The position numbers and the translations under genes are program-made. A stretch of 64,000 nucleotides of DNA from an uncultured delta proteobacterium (GTDB lineage Bacteria; Myxococcota_A; Polyangia; Palsa-1104): the NCBI GenBank assembly GCA_963785725.1, contig CAWAWS010000027.1, positions 5,708-69,707 on the forward strand. Direction: 5' to 3'. The notes below the pieces were generated by a model. That model was given only the letters and a program-made list of their open reading frames with translations, did no database searches and was not told the DNA's origin. Shown here piece after piece: positions 8,439-16,950 of this stretch. Each line of letters opens with the position of its first letter. Within the stretch, counting starts at the first letter, position 1.

Positions 8439-10746
8439 ATGCTGCGGGATCGCGCGCGAGGTCCGGTCCTGTTGGCGCTGGTCGTCGCGCTCCTCCTGTT
8501 TCCGCTCGTGCTCGGCCAGTCGTTCTGGCTGCGCGACATGCTCGTGTTCGCCTACCCGCTGAAGGCCTATCTGCGCCAGCGGCTCCTGCACGGCGAGTTG
8601 GCGCTGTGGAATCCGCGGCTCGGCTTGGGACGGCCGTTCCTCGGCGTCGTGCAGCCGGGCGTGCTCTATCCGCTCAACGTCGTGCTGCTCTTGCCTTATC
8701 CGCGCGGCGTCGACGCCTTCTTCGCGCTGCACGCGTTCGTGGCGGCGTTCGGCGCGCGGGCCTGGTGCAGAGCGCGCGGCGACGGCGAAACGGCGGCCAC
8801 GTTCGGCGGCGCGCTCTTCGCGCTGTCGGGCTACTACGTGTCGCAGCTGGTCGGCAACGGCAGCTTCGCCGTCGGCGCGGCGTGGATTCCCTGGGCGCTG
8901 GCGGCGCACGCGCGGGCGATCGCCGGCACGCTCTCGTCGCGTCGCGCCATCGCGGCCGTGGCCGGCTGTCTCGGGCTCATGGTGTTGGGCGGCGATCCGC
9001 AAGCGGCCTGGTTCGCCGGCGTGCTCTTGACGACGCAAGCGCTCGGCGCCGGCGCTCGACGTCCGCTGGGTCGCGGCCTCGTCGTCGTCGCCGCGGCCGC
9101 GCTCTTGGCCGCCGCTTTGGCCGCCGCGCAGCTCTTGCCGGCGCTGGAGGTTGCGGCGGTCGGTCGTCCCGGTGGCGTGCCGCTGGCCGACGCGTCGCAC
9201 TGGTCGTTTCCGCCGATTCGGCTGGTCGAGCTCGTGTGGCCGGCGGCGTTCGGGCCTTATTACGCCGAAAACTGGCCCATCCACGCGCTGTACGACGAAG
9301 GCACCGGCGTCGCCTACGAGCCGTGGTCGGCCGGCATCTATCTCGGCTTGGCGACGCCGCTGTTGGCCTTGGCGGCGCTGGCGCGACGTCGACCCCGCGC
9401 CGCCGAGGTCGCGCTCGCCGTTGCCGCGCTGACGCTGCTCGTCGTCGCCATGGGTGCGCACGCGCCCTTGTTCGCGCTCTTTTTCGACTGGGTGCCGGGC
9501 GTCCGGCAGTTTCGCTATCCCGAGAAGTACCTGCTGCCGGTGACGCTCTGCCTGACGACGCTGGCCGCGCGCGGGCTCGACGTCGTGACGGCTGAGCCGC
9601 GGCGCCTCCTCATCGTCGCCGTCGTCGTGTGGGCGGCGTTGGCCGTGGCCGCGATGGCGTCGGTGCACCTCGGCGGCGAATGGGTCGCGCGCTGGCTCGG
9701 CCGACTGCCGCCCGAGCGCGTGCACGACGCCGGCGTGTGGCTGGCGCAGCGCGCGCACCGCTCGATCTTCGTGGCGACGCTGCTGACGCTGGCGCTGCTG
9801 GTGGCGCGGGCGCGCCGGGCGCTGCCGCGGACGCTGGCGCTCGTCGTCGCGGTGGTGACCGTCGCCGACGTCGGCATCGAGAGCGCGCAGCTGTGTGACT
9901 TCGCGCCGTCGTCGCTGTATGTCGAGACGCCGCCGCCCATCGTCGCTGCGCGGGAACGAGCGGGCGCCGGCAACTTCCGGCTCTATCGGCCGAGCCAGCT
10001 GATCTTCGACGCGCCCGGCGTGCCGGCGCGGGCGCTGTTGCGCGCGACGCTGCGGCCGGACTGCGGTCTCGAAGACGACGTCACGCAGATCGAGGCCTAC
10101 GACAACTTTCCACTCGCCCACATGACCGCCTTGTGGACGGCGCTCCAAGGTCGACCGCTGCAGCTGCTGCAAATGACGGCGACGCGGTTCGCGCTCTTGC
10201 CGTCGTCGCTGTTTCGCCCGCAGCCGAGCTTGACGTTGGTGCGGCAATGGCCGGCGCTGCAGGCGCTCTTGGCCGAGGTCACGCCGCCGCCGCCGCGCGC
10301 CTACCTCGCCGCCGACGCCCGCGTCGCCGCCGATGAGGCGGCCGCGCAGGTGTTGGCGGCGCGCGACTTTCAGCCCGGCCGCAGCGTCGTCCTCGCGCCC
10401 GGCGACGGCGCGCAGACCGTCGCGCAGGCCGCGGGCGACTGCCGCATCGTTACCGACGCGCCCGAGCGCATCGTCATTCACTGCCAGAGCGATCGCCCGA
10501 GCTTCGCCGTCCTCGCCGACAGCTGGTTCCCCGGTTGGTCGGCGCGCGTCGACGGCCACGCCGCGCCCATCGTGCGCGCCAACTTGGCCATGCGCGCCGT
10601 GCCGCTGCCAGCCGGGCGAGCACGACGTCGCCTTCGTCTACCGCCCGGCGCACCTCGGGCTCGGCCTCTTCATCAGCGCCGTCGCCTGCCTAGCGTTGCT
10701 GGCGCTGGTTTGGCGTCGCCGGCCGCCCAAGATCGCGCTCGGCTAG
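8439..10746 (+). CDS. YfhO-family polytopic membrane protein (GT-C-like), with a +1 frameshift near 10614
   Basis: LWNPRLGLGRPF, LYPLN, FRYPEKY, LADSWFPGWSARVDG, RANLAMRAVPLPAG; the C-terminus EHDVAFVYRP..TM lies in another frame after GCCGGGCGAG. Confidence 0.85.
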
Positions 10747-10766
10747 AGCGGCGCCGATCGCCACGA

Positions 10767-11972
10767 CTACTCGCACTCGGCGCCGGCCGTGAGCACGTCG
10801 GCGTCGAAGCGCACGCTGACGTCACCGACGGTGACCAGGCTGCCGACGAAGAGCGCGCCGGTCGCGTTCAGCCCTTCGTCGCTGAGGAGGACAGCGTCGG
10901 GCGCGTAGACGATCGCCGACAGCGTCGCCTGCGCGCCCAGCTGCACCGTCGTCGACGCGAGCCACAGCCGCACCGCCGCCGCCGTCGGCGAGCCGACCAC
11001 GCCGGCGGTCACGATGACGTCGCCGTTGACGAACAGGTCGAGCTCGGCGCCGTCATCGAGCGTCACGCGCAGACCGTCGGCCAAGCTGACGTCGCCGCCA
11101 ATCGACAGCGCGCTGCGCCCGTGGACGCGAATTTCCAGCGTGTCGTCGCTCGTCAGCGACGGCAAATAGTAGCTGCCGCAGGGCAGATCGAAGCCGGTCG
11201 GGCCATGCGTCGTCGCCAGCGCCGTCGCGTCGAGGCCGGCCGCAGCATCGTCGTTCTGCGTGGCCGCGGCCTTGACGACGGCCGCGACATCGACGACCGG
11301 ACCGGCGGCGCAATTACATGGCGGCGGCACCTCGATCGCTTGCGACACGATGAAGTTGTTGGCCGCCGACTGCGACACGGTCGACGACGGCGAGACATAG
11401 AGCGTGCCGAGGACGACGGGGCGACCGAGCACGTCACCGGCGACATAGGCGCTGCCGCTGACGGTCGCGATCTGCGAGGCCACGAGGCTGCCGGCGGTGT
11501 ATAGGTCGCCCAAGATCTGGGCCGGCCGATCGAAGCTGACGCCGCCCGAGCCGCCGCCCGTCAAGCTGCCGCCGACCTCGGCCGAGCCGGAGATCTCGAT
11601 ATTGCCGTCGCTGGCGACGCCGGCGCTGCCGCTGCTCGGCGCCAGCGTGCCGCCGCCGCCGCCGCTGCCGCCACCGCCGCCCATTGGACCGGGCGGGCCG
11701 CTGCCGCCCTGCGTGAACAGGCCGCCGGCGAGCTCGATCGAGTCGCACGAGCAGAGCGCGTGGTCGACGGTGCCGGCGGCGAGCGCGGCGGCGCAGCGTC
11801 CGTCGCCGCCGCCGATGCGAACCGGCGCGCCCAAGCCGCTGCAGGCCGGCGCGCCGCCGTCGAAGCCGCCGCCGCCGCCCAGATCCGGCGGACGCAACAG
11901 CTCCGTGCGCTGCGTGCAGCCGGCCAGGATTGCGCCGGCGGCGACAGCGACGACGAGCGCCGCTCGGGTCAT
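10767..11972 (-). CDS. Hypothetical lipoprotein, Gly/Val-rich beta-solenoid-like
   Basis: ATG at 11972 overlaps the upstream stop; lipobox ILAGC; Cys pairs; last gene of the ECF cassette. Confidence 0.7.
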   Translation of the reverse strand: MTRAALVVAVAAGAILAGCTQRTELLRPPDLGGGGGFDGGAPACSGLGAPVRIGGGDGRCAAALAAGTVDHALCSCDSIELAGGLFTQGGSGPPGPMGGGGGSGGGGGTLAPSSGSAGVASDGNIEISGSAEVGGSLTGGGSGGVSFDRPAQILGDLYTAGSLVASQIATVSGSAYVAGDVLGRPVVLGTLYVSPSSTVSQSAANNFIVSQAIEVPPPCNCAAGPVVDVAAVVKAAATQNDDAAAGLDATALATTHGPTGFDLPCGSYYLPSLTSDDTLEIRVHGRSALSIGGDVSLADGLRVTLDDGAELDLFVNGDVIVTAGVVGSPTAAAVRLWLASTTVQLGAQATLSAIVYAPDAVLLSDEGLNATGALFVGSLVTVGDVSVRFDADVLTAGAECE

Positions 11973-13153
11973 CGCGCCGAAGCGCGCAGCTCGGCCAGGC
12001 GATCGCGCGCTTCCCGCGCGAATTGACCATCGGGATAGCGGTCGAGATAGCCGCGCAGCGCCGTCTCCGCCTCGGCGTGCTGGCCGCGCTCGCTCCACAG
12101 CTGCGCCGCCGCGAACGCCGCCGCTTCGCCTTCGGGCGCGCGCGGGAAGTCACGGGCGACGACGACATAAGCCGCCAGCGCGCGCTCGCTATCGGACTCG
12201 ACGAGATACGATTCGGCGACGAAGATCTGCGCCTGCGCGCGCTCGGCCGTCGTCGGATGGCCGGTCAACGCATGGCGAATCAGCTCGCGCGCGCCGGCCG
12301 CGTCGCCGTCGGCCAGCCGCGCCCGCGCGCGATCGAGCGTCAGGCGAATGCTGCCCGCCGTCGCCGTCGTCGTCGTCGCCGCGTGCGCCGGCGCGACGCT
12401 CGGTGCCGTCGCCGGCACCTTGGCGACGGGCGCGGCCGCTATCGCCGGCCATTGCGCGCCGGCACCGACCGTCGCCAAGCGGCGGCCGTCGAGCGCGTAG
12501 ACCTCGACGGCGCCATCGAGCACGCGCACCGCGTCCGACGCAAAGCGCGCATGCGCCCGCGTCAACACCATCTCGAACTGCGGGCCGCGCACGTGCAACG
12601 GTGCGACGGCCACCGGCGCCGACAGCTCGAGCGCGCCCGAGCCGAGGGCGATCTCGCGCGCCGCCGGCCGCAGCTCGACGTCGCTGCCCGTGGCGATGCG
12701 CAGCTCGGCGCCGCCAAAGCGGCTGACCCGCTCACGCGCCGCCGGCGTCAGCTTGGTCGCCAACATCTTCGTCACGGGCACCTGCGACACGGCCACGTCA
12801 GGCCGAACGCGCGGCTGGAGACGCCACGTCGCGATCGCGCCCAGCGTCGCCGCCGCCAGCGTGCCCGCCATCGCCCACGTCCAAACGCGCGCGTGCGGCC
12901 GCGACGCCGCCGCGCGCGTCGCCGGCTGCCGCCCCGCTTTGCGCAGCTGGGCGGCGATGCGCTCCTTCGCCGCCGTGCCCAACGCCGGCGGCGTCCAGCT
13001 GCGCAGCTCGCCCACCGTGCCCCAGCGCGCGCGCTCGGCGCGACACGCCGTGCACTCGGCCAGGTGCTGATCGAGCTGCAACAGAGTCGGCTCGCCCACG
13101 CCACCACGCACGTGCTCGACGAGGATGTCGCGCGCACGCCGGCAAGACATCAT
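11969..13153 (-). CDS. Anti-sigma factor: zf-HC2, TM, FecR-like and TPR domains
   Basis: C..HLAECTAC zinc motif; TM; C-terminal TPR ending YLDRYPDG; coupled to the ECF sigma gene. Confidence 0.8.
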   Translation of the reverse strand: MMSCRRARDILVEHVRGGVGEPTLLQLDQHLAECTACRAERARWGTVGELRSWTPPALGTAAKERIAAQLRKAGRQPATRAAASRPHARVWTWAMAGTLAAATLGAIATWRLQPRVRPDVAVSQVPVTKMLATKLTPAARERVSRFGGAELRIATGSDVELRPAAREIALGSGALELSAPVAVAPLHVRGPQFEMVLTRAHARFASDAVRVLDGAVEVYALDGRRLATVGAGAQWPAIAAAPVAKVPATAPSVAPAHAATTTTATAGSIRLTLDRARARLADGDAAGARELIRHALTGHPTTAERAQAQIFVAESYLVESDSERALAAYVVVARDFPRAPEGEAAAFAAAQLWSERGQHAEAETALRGYLDRYPDGQFAREARDRLAELRASAR

Positions 13154-13770
13154 CGCTCGCCTCCCGATTCCAAGAGCGCGGCTACGTGCGCCGCCATCCG
13201 CTTGTCGCTCGACAGCCGCTTACGCAGCTCGCGCCGAGCGAAGAACACGCGCGACCGCGTCGCCGTCTGCGTCGCGCCCATCAATGACGCCACTTCTTCG
13301 ATCGAATAGCCTTCGATGACGTAGAGCAGTAGCGCGATCCGCTTCTTGGGCGCGATCGTGTCGAGCAGCTCGTGCAGCACCGGGCCCAAGCTGCGCTCGT
13401 CGAGCATGCGATCGTGATCGGGATGCTCGAGGATCGCCTCGTTGGGCACGACATCGAGCGGCACGTGGCGGCGAATCTTCCCGGCGCGCAGGTAATGCTG
13501 ACCGACGTGCACCGCGATGCTGAGCAGCCACGTCTTGAAGCTGGCGTCGCCGCGATAACGCGACAGCGCCGTCATCGCCTCGAGAAACACCGTCTGCGTC
13601 AGATCCTCCAGATCGGCGACGGGACCGACGAGCCGGCCGAGCACGTGCTCGACGAGCCCGACGTGCGCGCGAAACAGCTGCTCGATGGCGTCGCCGTTGC
13701 CCGCGCGGCATTCGTCGAGCGTGGTAGGGCTCGGCTCGACGGTCAGGCGGGTGGACGACATGGGGCGCAT
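13150..13770 (-). CDS. ECF RNA polymerase sigma factor
   Basis: EDLTQTVF..FKTWL (region 2); EGYSIEEVA..TRSRVFFARREL (region 4). Confidence 0.92.
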   Translation of the reverse strand: MRPMSSTRLTVEPSPTTLDECRAGNGDAIEQLFRAHVGLVEHVLGRLVGPVADLEDLTQTVFLEAMTALSRYRGDASFKTWLLSIAVHVGQHYLRAGKIRRHVPLDVVPNEAILEHPDHDRMLDERSLGPVLHELLDTIAPKKRIALLLYVIEGYSIEEVASLMGATQTATRSRVFFARRELRKRLSSDKRMAAHVAALLESGGER

Positions 13771-13810
13771 CTCCTATGTTGTGCCGCGTTACCGCTTTTT
13801 GTTGAAGGGG

Positions 13811-14989
13811 TCATGGCACCCGCACCAATAGACCAGCAGTTACGGTAAATTGCGCCCATCCGAGATCGGTCGAATGGGGGCTGCCGGCGGAAAGTTGCTG
13901 ACGCGGCAGCAGCGCCTCGCCGCCGAGCGCGACGACAGCGCCGGCGTAGCGCGAGAAGAGCCACGCGCCTTCGATGTGCAGGCCGAGGCCGGCCGACAGT
14001 CGCTGCGCGCTGCCGCTGCGCAGGCCGGCGCGGGCGTCGGCGTCGATGATCTGCAGGCTGGCGCGCGGGCCGGCCGCGAGCTGCCAGCGCGGCCGAACCA
14101 GGCGCGCGACGAGGCCGGCGCCGACGGGCCAGACGCGCGCGCCGATCGTCGCCGCGTCGACGGCGACCGACGGTGCCGTCGTGAACGCGGCGTCGACGAA
14201 CGCGGCCAGCGGCAGGCGTCCCCACGGCAGCGTCAGCCGCACGACGAGCCCTTGGCGCAGCCAGTCGACGTTGGTGGGCACGATGAGCGTGTAGGCCGCC
14301 GCCAGCTCGAGCCGCGTCTGCCGATGCGGCGGCGCCGGTAACGGCACGATCGCCGCCGCTTTCGCCGTCGGGCTCGGCGGCGGCGGCACGATCGCCGGTG
14401 GCGGCGTCACCATCGCCGGCGGCGGCGTCACGATCGCCGGCGGCGGCGTCACGATCGCCGGCGGCGGTGTCACGATCGCCGGCGGCGGCGTCACGACCGT
14501 TGGCGGCGCCGGCGTCGTCGGTTCGGCGCGCGGCGGCGGCGCTTCGGGCGGCACGACCCACTGCGTGTCGTCGGCGACGGGCGCCAGAAGCGCGCGCACC
14601 TTCAGCGCCGTCACGCGCGCGCTGCCGAGCGTGTCGTCGCGCGCCACCGCCGTCTCGCGCAGCTCGAGCGACGCCGCCTTGAGCGCGTACAAGAGCGGCA
14701 CGCCGGCGCGCTCGCCGAACCAGACGACGACGTCGGCGCCGCCCGACCGCGCGTCGGCGGCGACGCGATCGAGCGCCTCGGCGGTCAGCTCCGTCGGTGC
14801 CGCGCCGCCGAGCCGGACCGCGCGGCCGAGGTCACGCGTATAAATGCGCAAGGCATCGACGAGCACCGCTTCGCGGCCGCCGTTCGACGGACGCGAATCG
14901 GCGCCGGTCAGGACGAGGATCGCGCCCACCGGCTCGTTCGCGTGCGCCCAACCGCATGTGAGCAGCGCCAGCGCGCAACCAAGCCGCAT
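13811..14989 (-). CDS. Exported hypothetical protein with Pro-rich repeat linker and C-terminal beta-barrel-like region
   Basis: Signal peptide MRLGCALALLTCGWAHA; (VTPPPAI)n linker; amphipathic strands at the C-terminus. Confidence 0.65.
   Translation of the reverse strand: MRLGCALALLTCGWAHANEPVGAILVLTGADSRPSNGGREAVLVDALRIYTRDLGRAVRLGGAAPTELTAEALDRVAADARSGGADVVVWFGERAGVPLLYALKAASLELRETAVARDDTLGSARVTALKVRALLAPVADDTQWVVPPEAPPPRAEPTTPAPPTVVTPPPAIVTPPPAIVTPPPAIVTPPPAMVTPPPAIVPPPPSPTAKAAAIVPLPAPPHRQTRLELAAAYTLIVPTNVDWLRQGLVVRLTLPWGRLPLAAFVDAAFTTAPSVAVDAATIGARVWPVGAGLVARLVRPRWQLAAGPRASLQIIDADARAGLRSGSAQRLSAGLGLHIEGAWLFSRYAGAVVALGGEALLPRQQLSAGSPHSTDLGWAQFTVTAGLLVRVP
14377..14498 (-). repeat. 21-bp coding tandem repeat (VTPPPAI, about 5-6 copies)
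   Basis: GGCGGCGGCGTCACGATCGCC units on the + strand. Confidence 0.85.
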
Positions 14990-15021
14990 CCAAGGCTGGT
15001 GGTCGCGCCGCGGACGAACGT

Positions 15022-16272
15022 TCAAACGGGGCCGTCGTCCCGTCGCTGCGCGTGCGTCTCGGGAGCCAGCAGCGTCAACAGCGTCGTCGCCAACAAGAGC
15101 GCGACCATGAGCCAGACGGCGGGGCCGTAGTCGCTGCCCGGACCTTTGATGAGCGCCATGGCGAAGCTGACGACGACGCCGCCCAAGTTGCCGGCCATCA
15201 TGAGGATGCTGGTGGCGCTGCCGGCCGCGTGCGCGCCGGCGAGCTGCGCGCACATCTCGAGCAAGAGCGCGAACGCCGGCAAAAAGAAGAAGCCATGCAG
15301 ACCGGCCAGCCACAAGAGGACGTGGTAATGGCCGCCGCTACAGAGCGGATGAATCGTCGCCAGCGCCATGCCCACGCTGACGAGGACGAACGGTTTACGC
15401 CGCTTCGACAGGTCGGACAGCGTCGGGATGGCGACGGCGCCCAAGATGCCGCCGCCGATGAGCGCGCCGCCGATGAGCCCCGCTTGATCGGCGTTGATGC
15501 CGTGCGGCGCCAGGATCTGCTCGAGCCAGGTCGTCAGGCCGTTGAAGACGCCGAGACCGAGGAACGCGAGCACGTACAAGAGCAGCAAACGACGATCGGC
15601 GAAGAGCGAACGCAAGCGCGCCGGCTCGGTCGCCGCGGCGGTCGCCACGTGCTGATCGTTGGGATGGACGAGCCAGCCGAAGAGCACGAGCGTGACCAGC
15701 GCGACGACGGCGAAGACGACCATCGTGCCGCGCAAGCCGAAGGCGTCGACGGACAGCGGCGTCGTGGCCAAGCCGGCGGCCATGCCGATGAACATGCCCA
15801 TCGTGCCGAGGCCGGTGGCGATGGCGCCCTCGCCTTCCGAGAACCAATCGGCGACGAGCTTGGAGATGCCGTTGACGACGTAGGGCTGCGCGACGGCGAT
15901 GCCCATTTGACCGATGAGCAGGACGGCGAAGCGATCGTCCCAGATGCGCAAGGCGGCGAAGGCGGTCATGACGATGGCGCCGATGCCGACGGTGAAGCGA
16001 TAGCCGCGCCGATCGGTGAGCGCGCCCGCCGACAGCGAGAACACGACGTAGAGCAGCGGAAACACCAGCACCAACAGGCTGGCCATGAGCTCGCTCACGC
16101 CGTAGCGCGACTGCACCATCGTCAACAGCGGCGCGAAGTTGAGCCACAAGAGCTGGCTGACGCCGACGACCAGCGTGTAGGCTGCGAGCACGGCCCAGCG
16201 ACGCGGACGATGCAGCGCCGGATCGCGCGCGCCGGCGACGCCTTCGACGGACGACGACGGAAGGCCGGTCAT
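15022..16272 (-). CDS. MFS transporter
   Basis: About 12 TM helices; GALTDRRGYR (motif A) and LSDLSKRRK; ATG at 16272 overlaps the upstream stop. Confidence 0.9.
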   Translation of the reverse strand: MTGLPSSSVEGVAGARDPALHRPRRWAVLAAYTLVVGVSQLLWLNFAPLLTMVQSRYGVSELMASLLVLVFPLLYVVFSLSAGALTDRRGYRFTVGIGAIVMTAFAALRIWDDRFAVLLIGQMGIAVAQPYVVNGISKLVADWFSEGEGAIATGLGTMGMFIGMAAGLATTPLSVDAFGLRGTMVVFAVVALVTLVLFGWLVHPNDQHVATAAATEPARLRSLFADRRLLLLYVLAFLGLGVFNGLTTWLEQILAPHGINADQAGLIGGALIGGGILGAVAIPTLSDLSKRRKPFVLVSVGMALATIHPLCSGGHYHVLLWLAGLHGFFFLPAFALLLEMCAQLAGAHAAGSATSILMMAGNLGGVVVSFAMALIKGPGSDYGPAVWLMVALLLATTLLTLLAPETHAQRRDDGPV

Positions 16273-16841
16273 ACCCAGTGCGCTTCCATGTCCATGGTCT
16301 CCTCGCCGTCGTGGCCGCCGGCGCGCGTGTGCATGCGCACCTCTTTGGCGCCGGCGACCTCGAGCATGCCGCCCGAGGCGCCGATGATTTCGGTCCACAT
16401 GTTGCCGTCGAAGCCGACGCAGCCGGTCAGCCGCGCCAACGAATAGCCGCGCCGCGACTCGAGAATCGTCAGCGATCCGGTGTCGTAATAGGTGCTGAAC
16501 AGGCGCGCCGAGAACGAGAGCAGCAGTTGCGGCGACACCAGCTTCAGGAACAGCTGCTTGTAGACGCTGCGCATGTCGTGCTGCACGGTCAGCTTGCCGA
16601 TCTGCCGCGCGATCTCCGCGCCGTCGCTGCTGGCGACGCGAAAGGCGCGAAAGGCGTCGCGATACCACGAGATCGGGTACCAGCTCGCCGACAGGATCAG
16701 CCCCGAGCGATAGGCCTCGCTCAGCTGTGGCAGCATGAGCCCACGCGCCCGCGCATGCGCCGCCTGCCCGCGCAGCTCGAGATAGCAGGCGTCGATGGAA
16801 CGGAACGCCACCCCTTTGACCCGCGGCTCTTTAGTGTCCAC
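16269..16841 (-). CDS. DUF2378/V4R-like myxobacterial protein
   Basis: VKGVAF..ILSASWYP..VYKQLFLKLVSP..YYDTG pattern; paralog at 34612-35241. Confidence 0.6.
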   Translation of the reverse strand: MDTKEPRVKGVAFRSIDACYLELRGQAAHARARGLMLPQLSEAYRSGLILSASWYPISWYRDAFRAFRVASSDGAEIARQIGKLTVQHDMRSVYKQLFLKLVSPQLLLSFSARLFSTYYDTGSLTILESRRGYSLARLTGCVGFDGNMWTEIIGASGGMLEVAGAKEVRMHTRAGGHDGEETMDMEAHWV

Positions 16842-16950
16842 CCGCCCGCGATAATGACACGACAGCAACATTCGTAAACGCGCGAATGCGAGCACCCAAT
16901 CGACCAGATCTGCGATGGACAGGTGCCGCGGCGATCGTCAAGATGCCCCG

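Noticed and set aside
7962-11504. 1180-aa YfhO fusion protein
   Set aside because: Produced by an upstream extension plus the frameshift at ~10614; it would overlap a convergent real gene.
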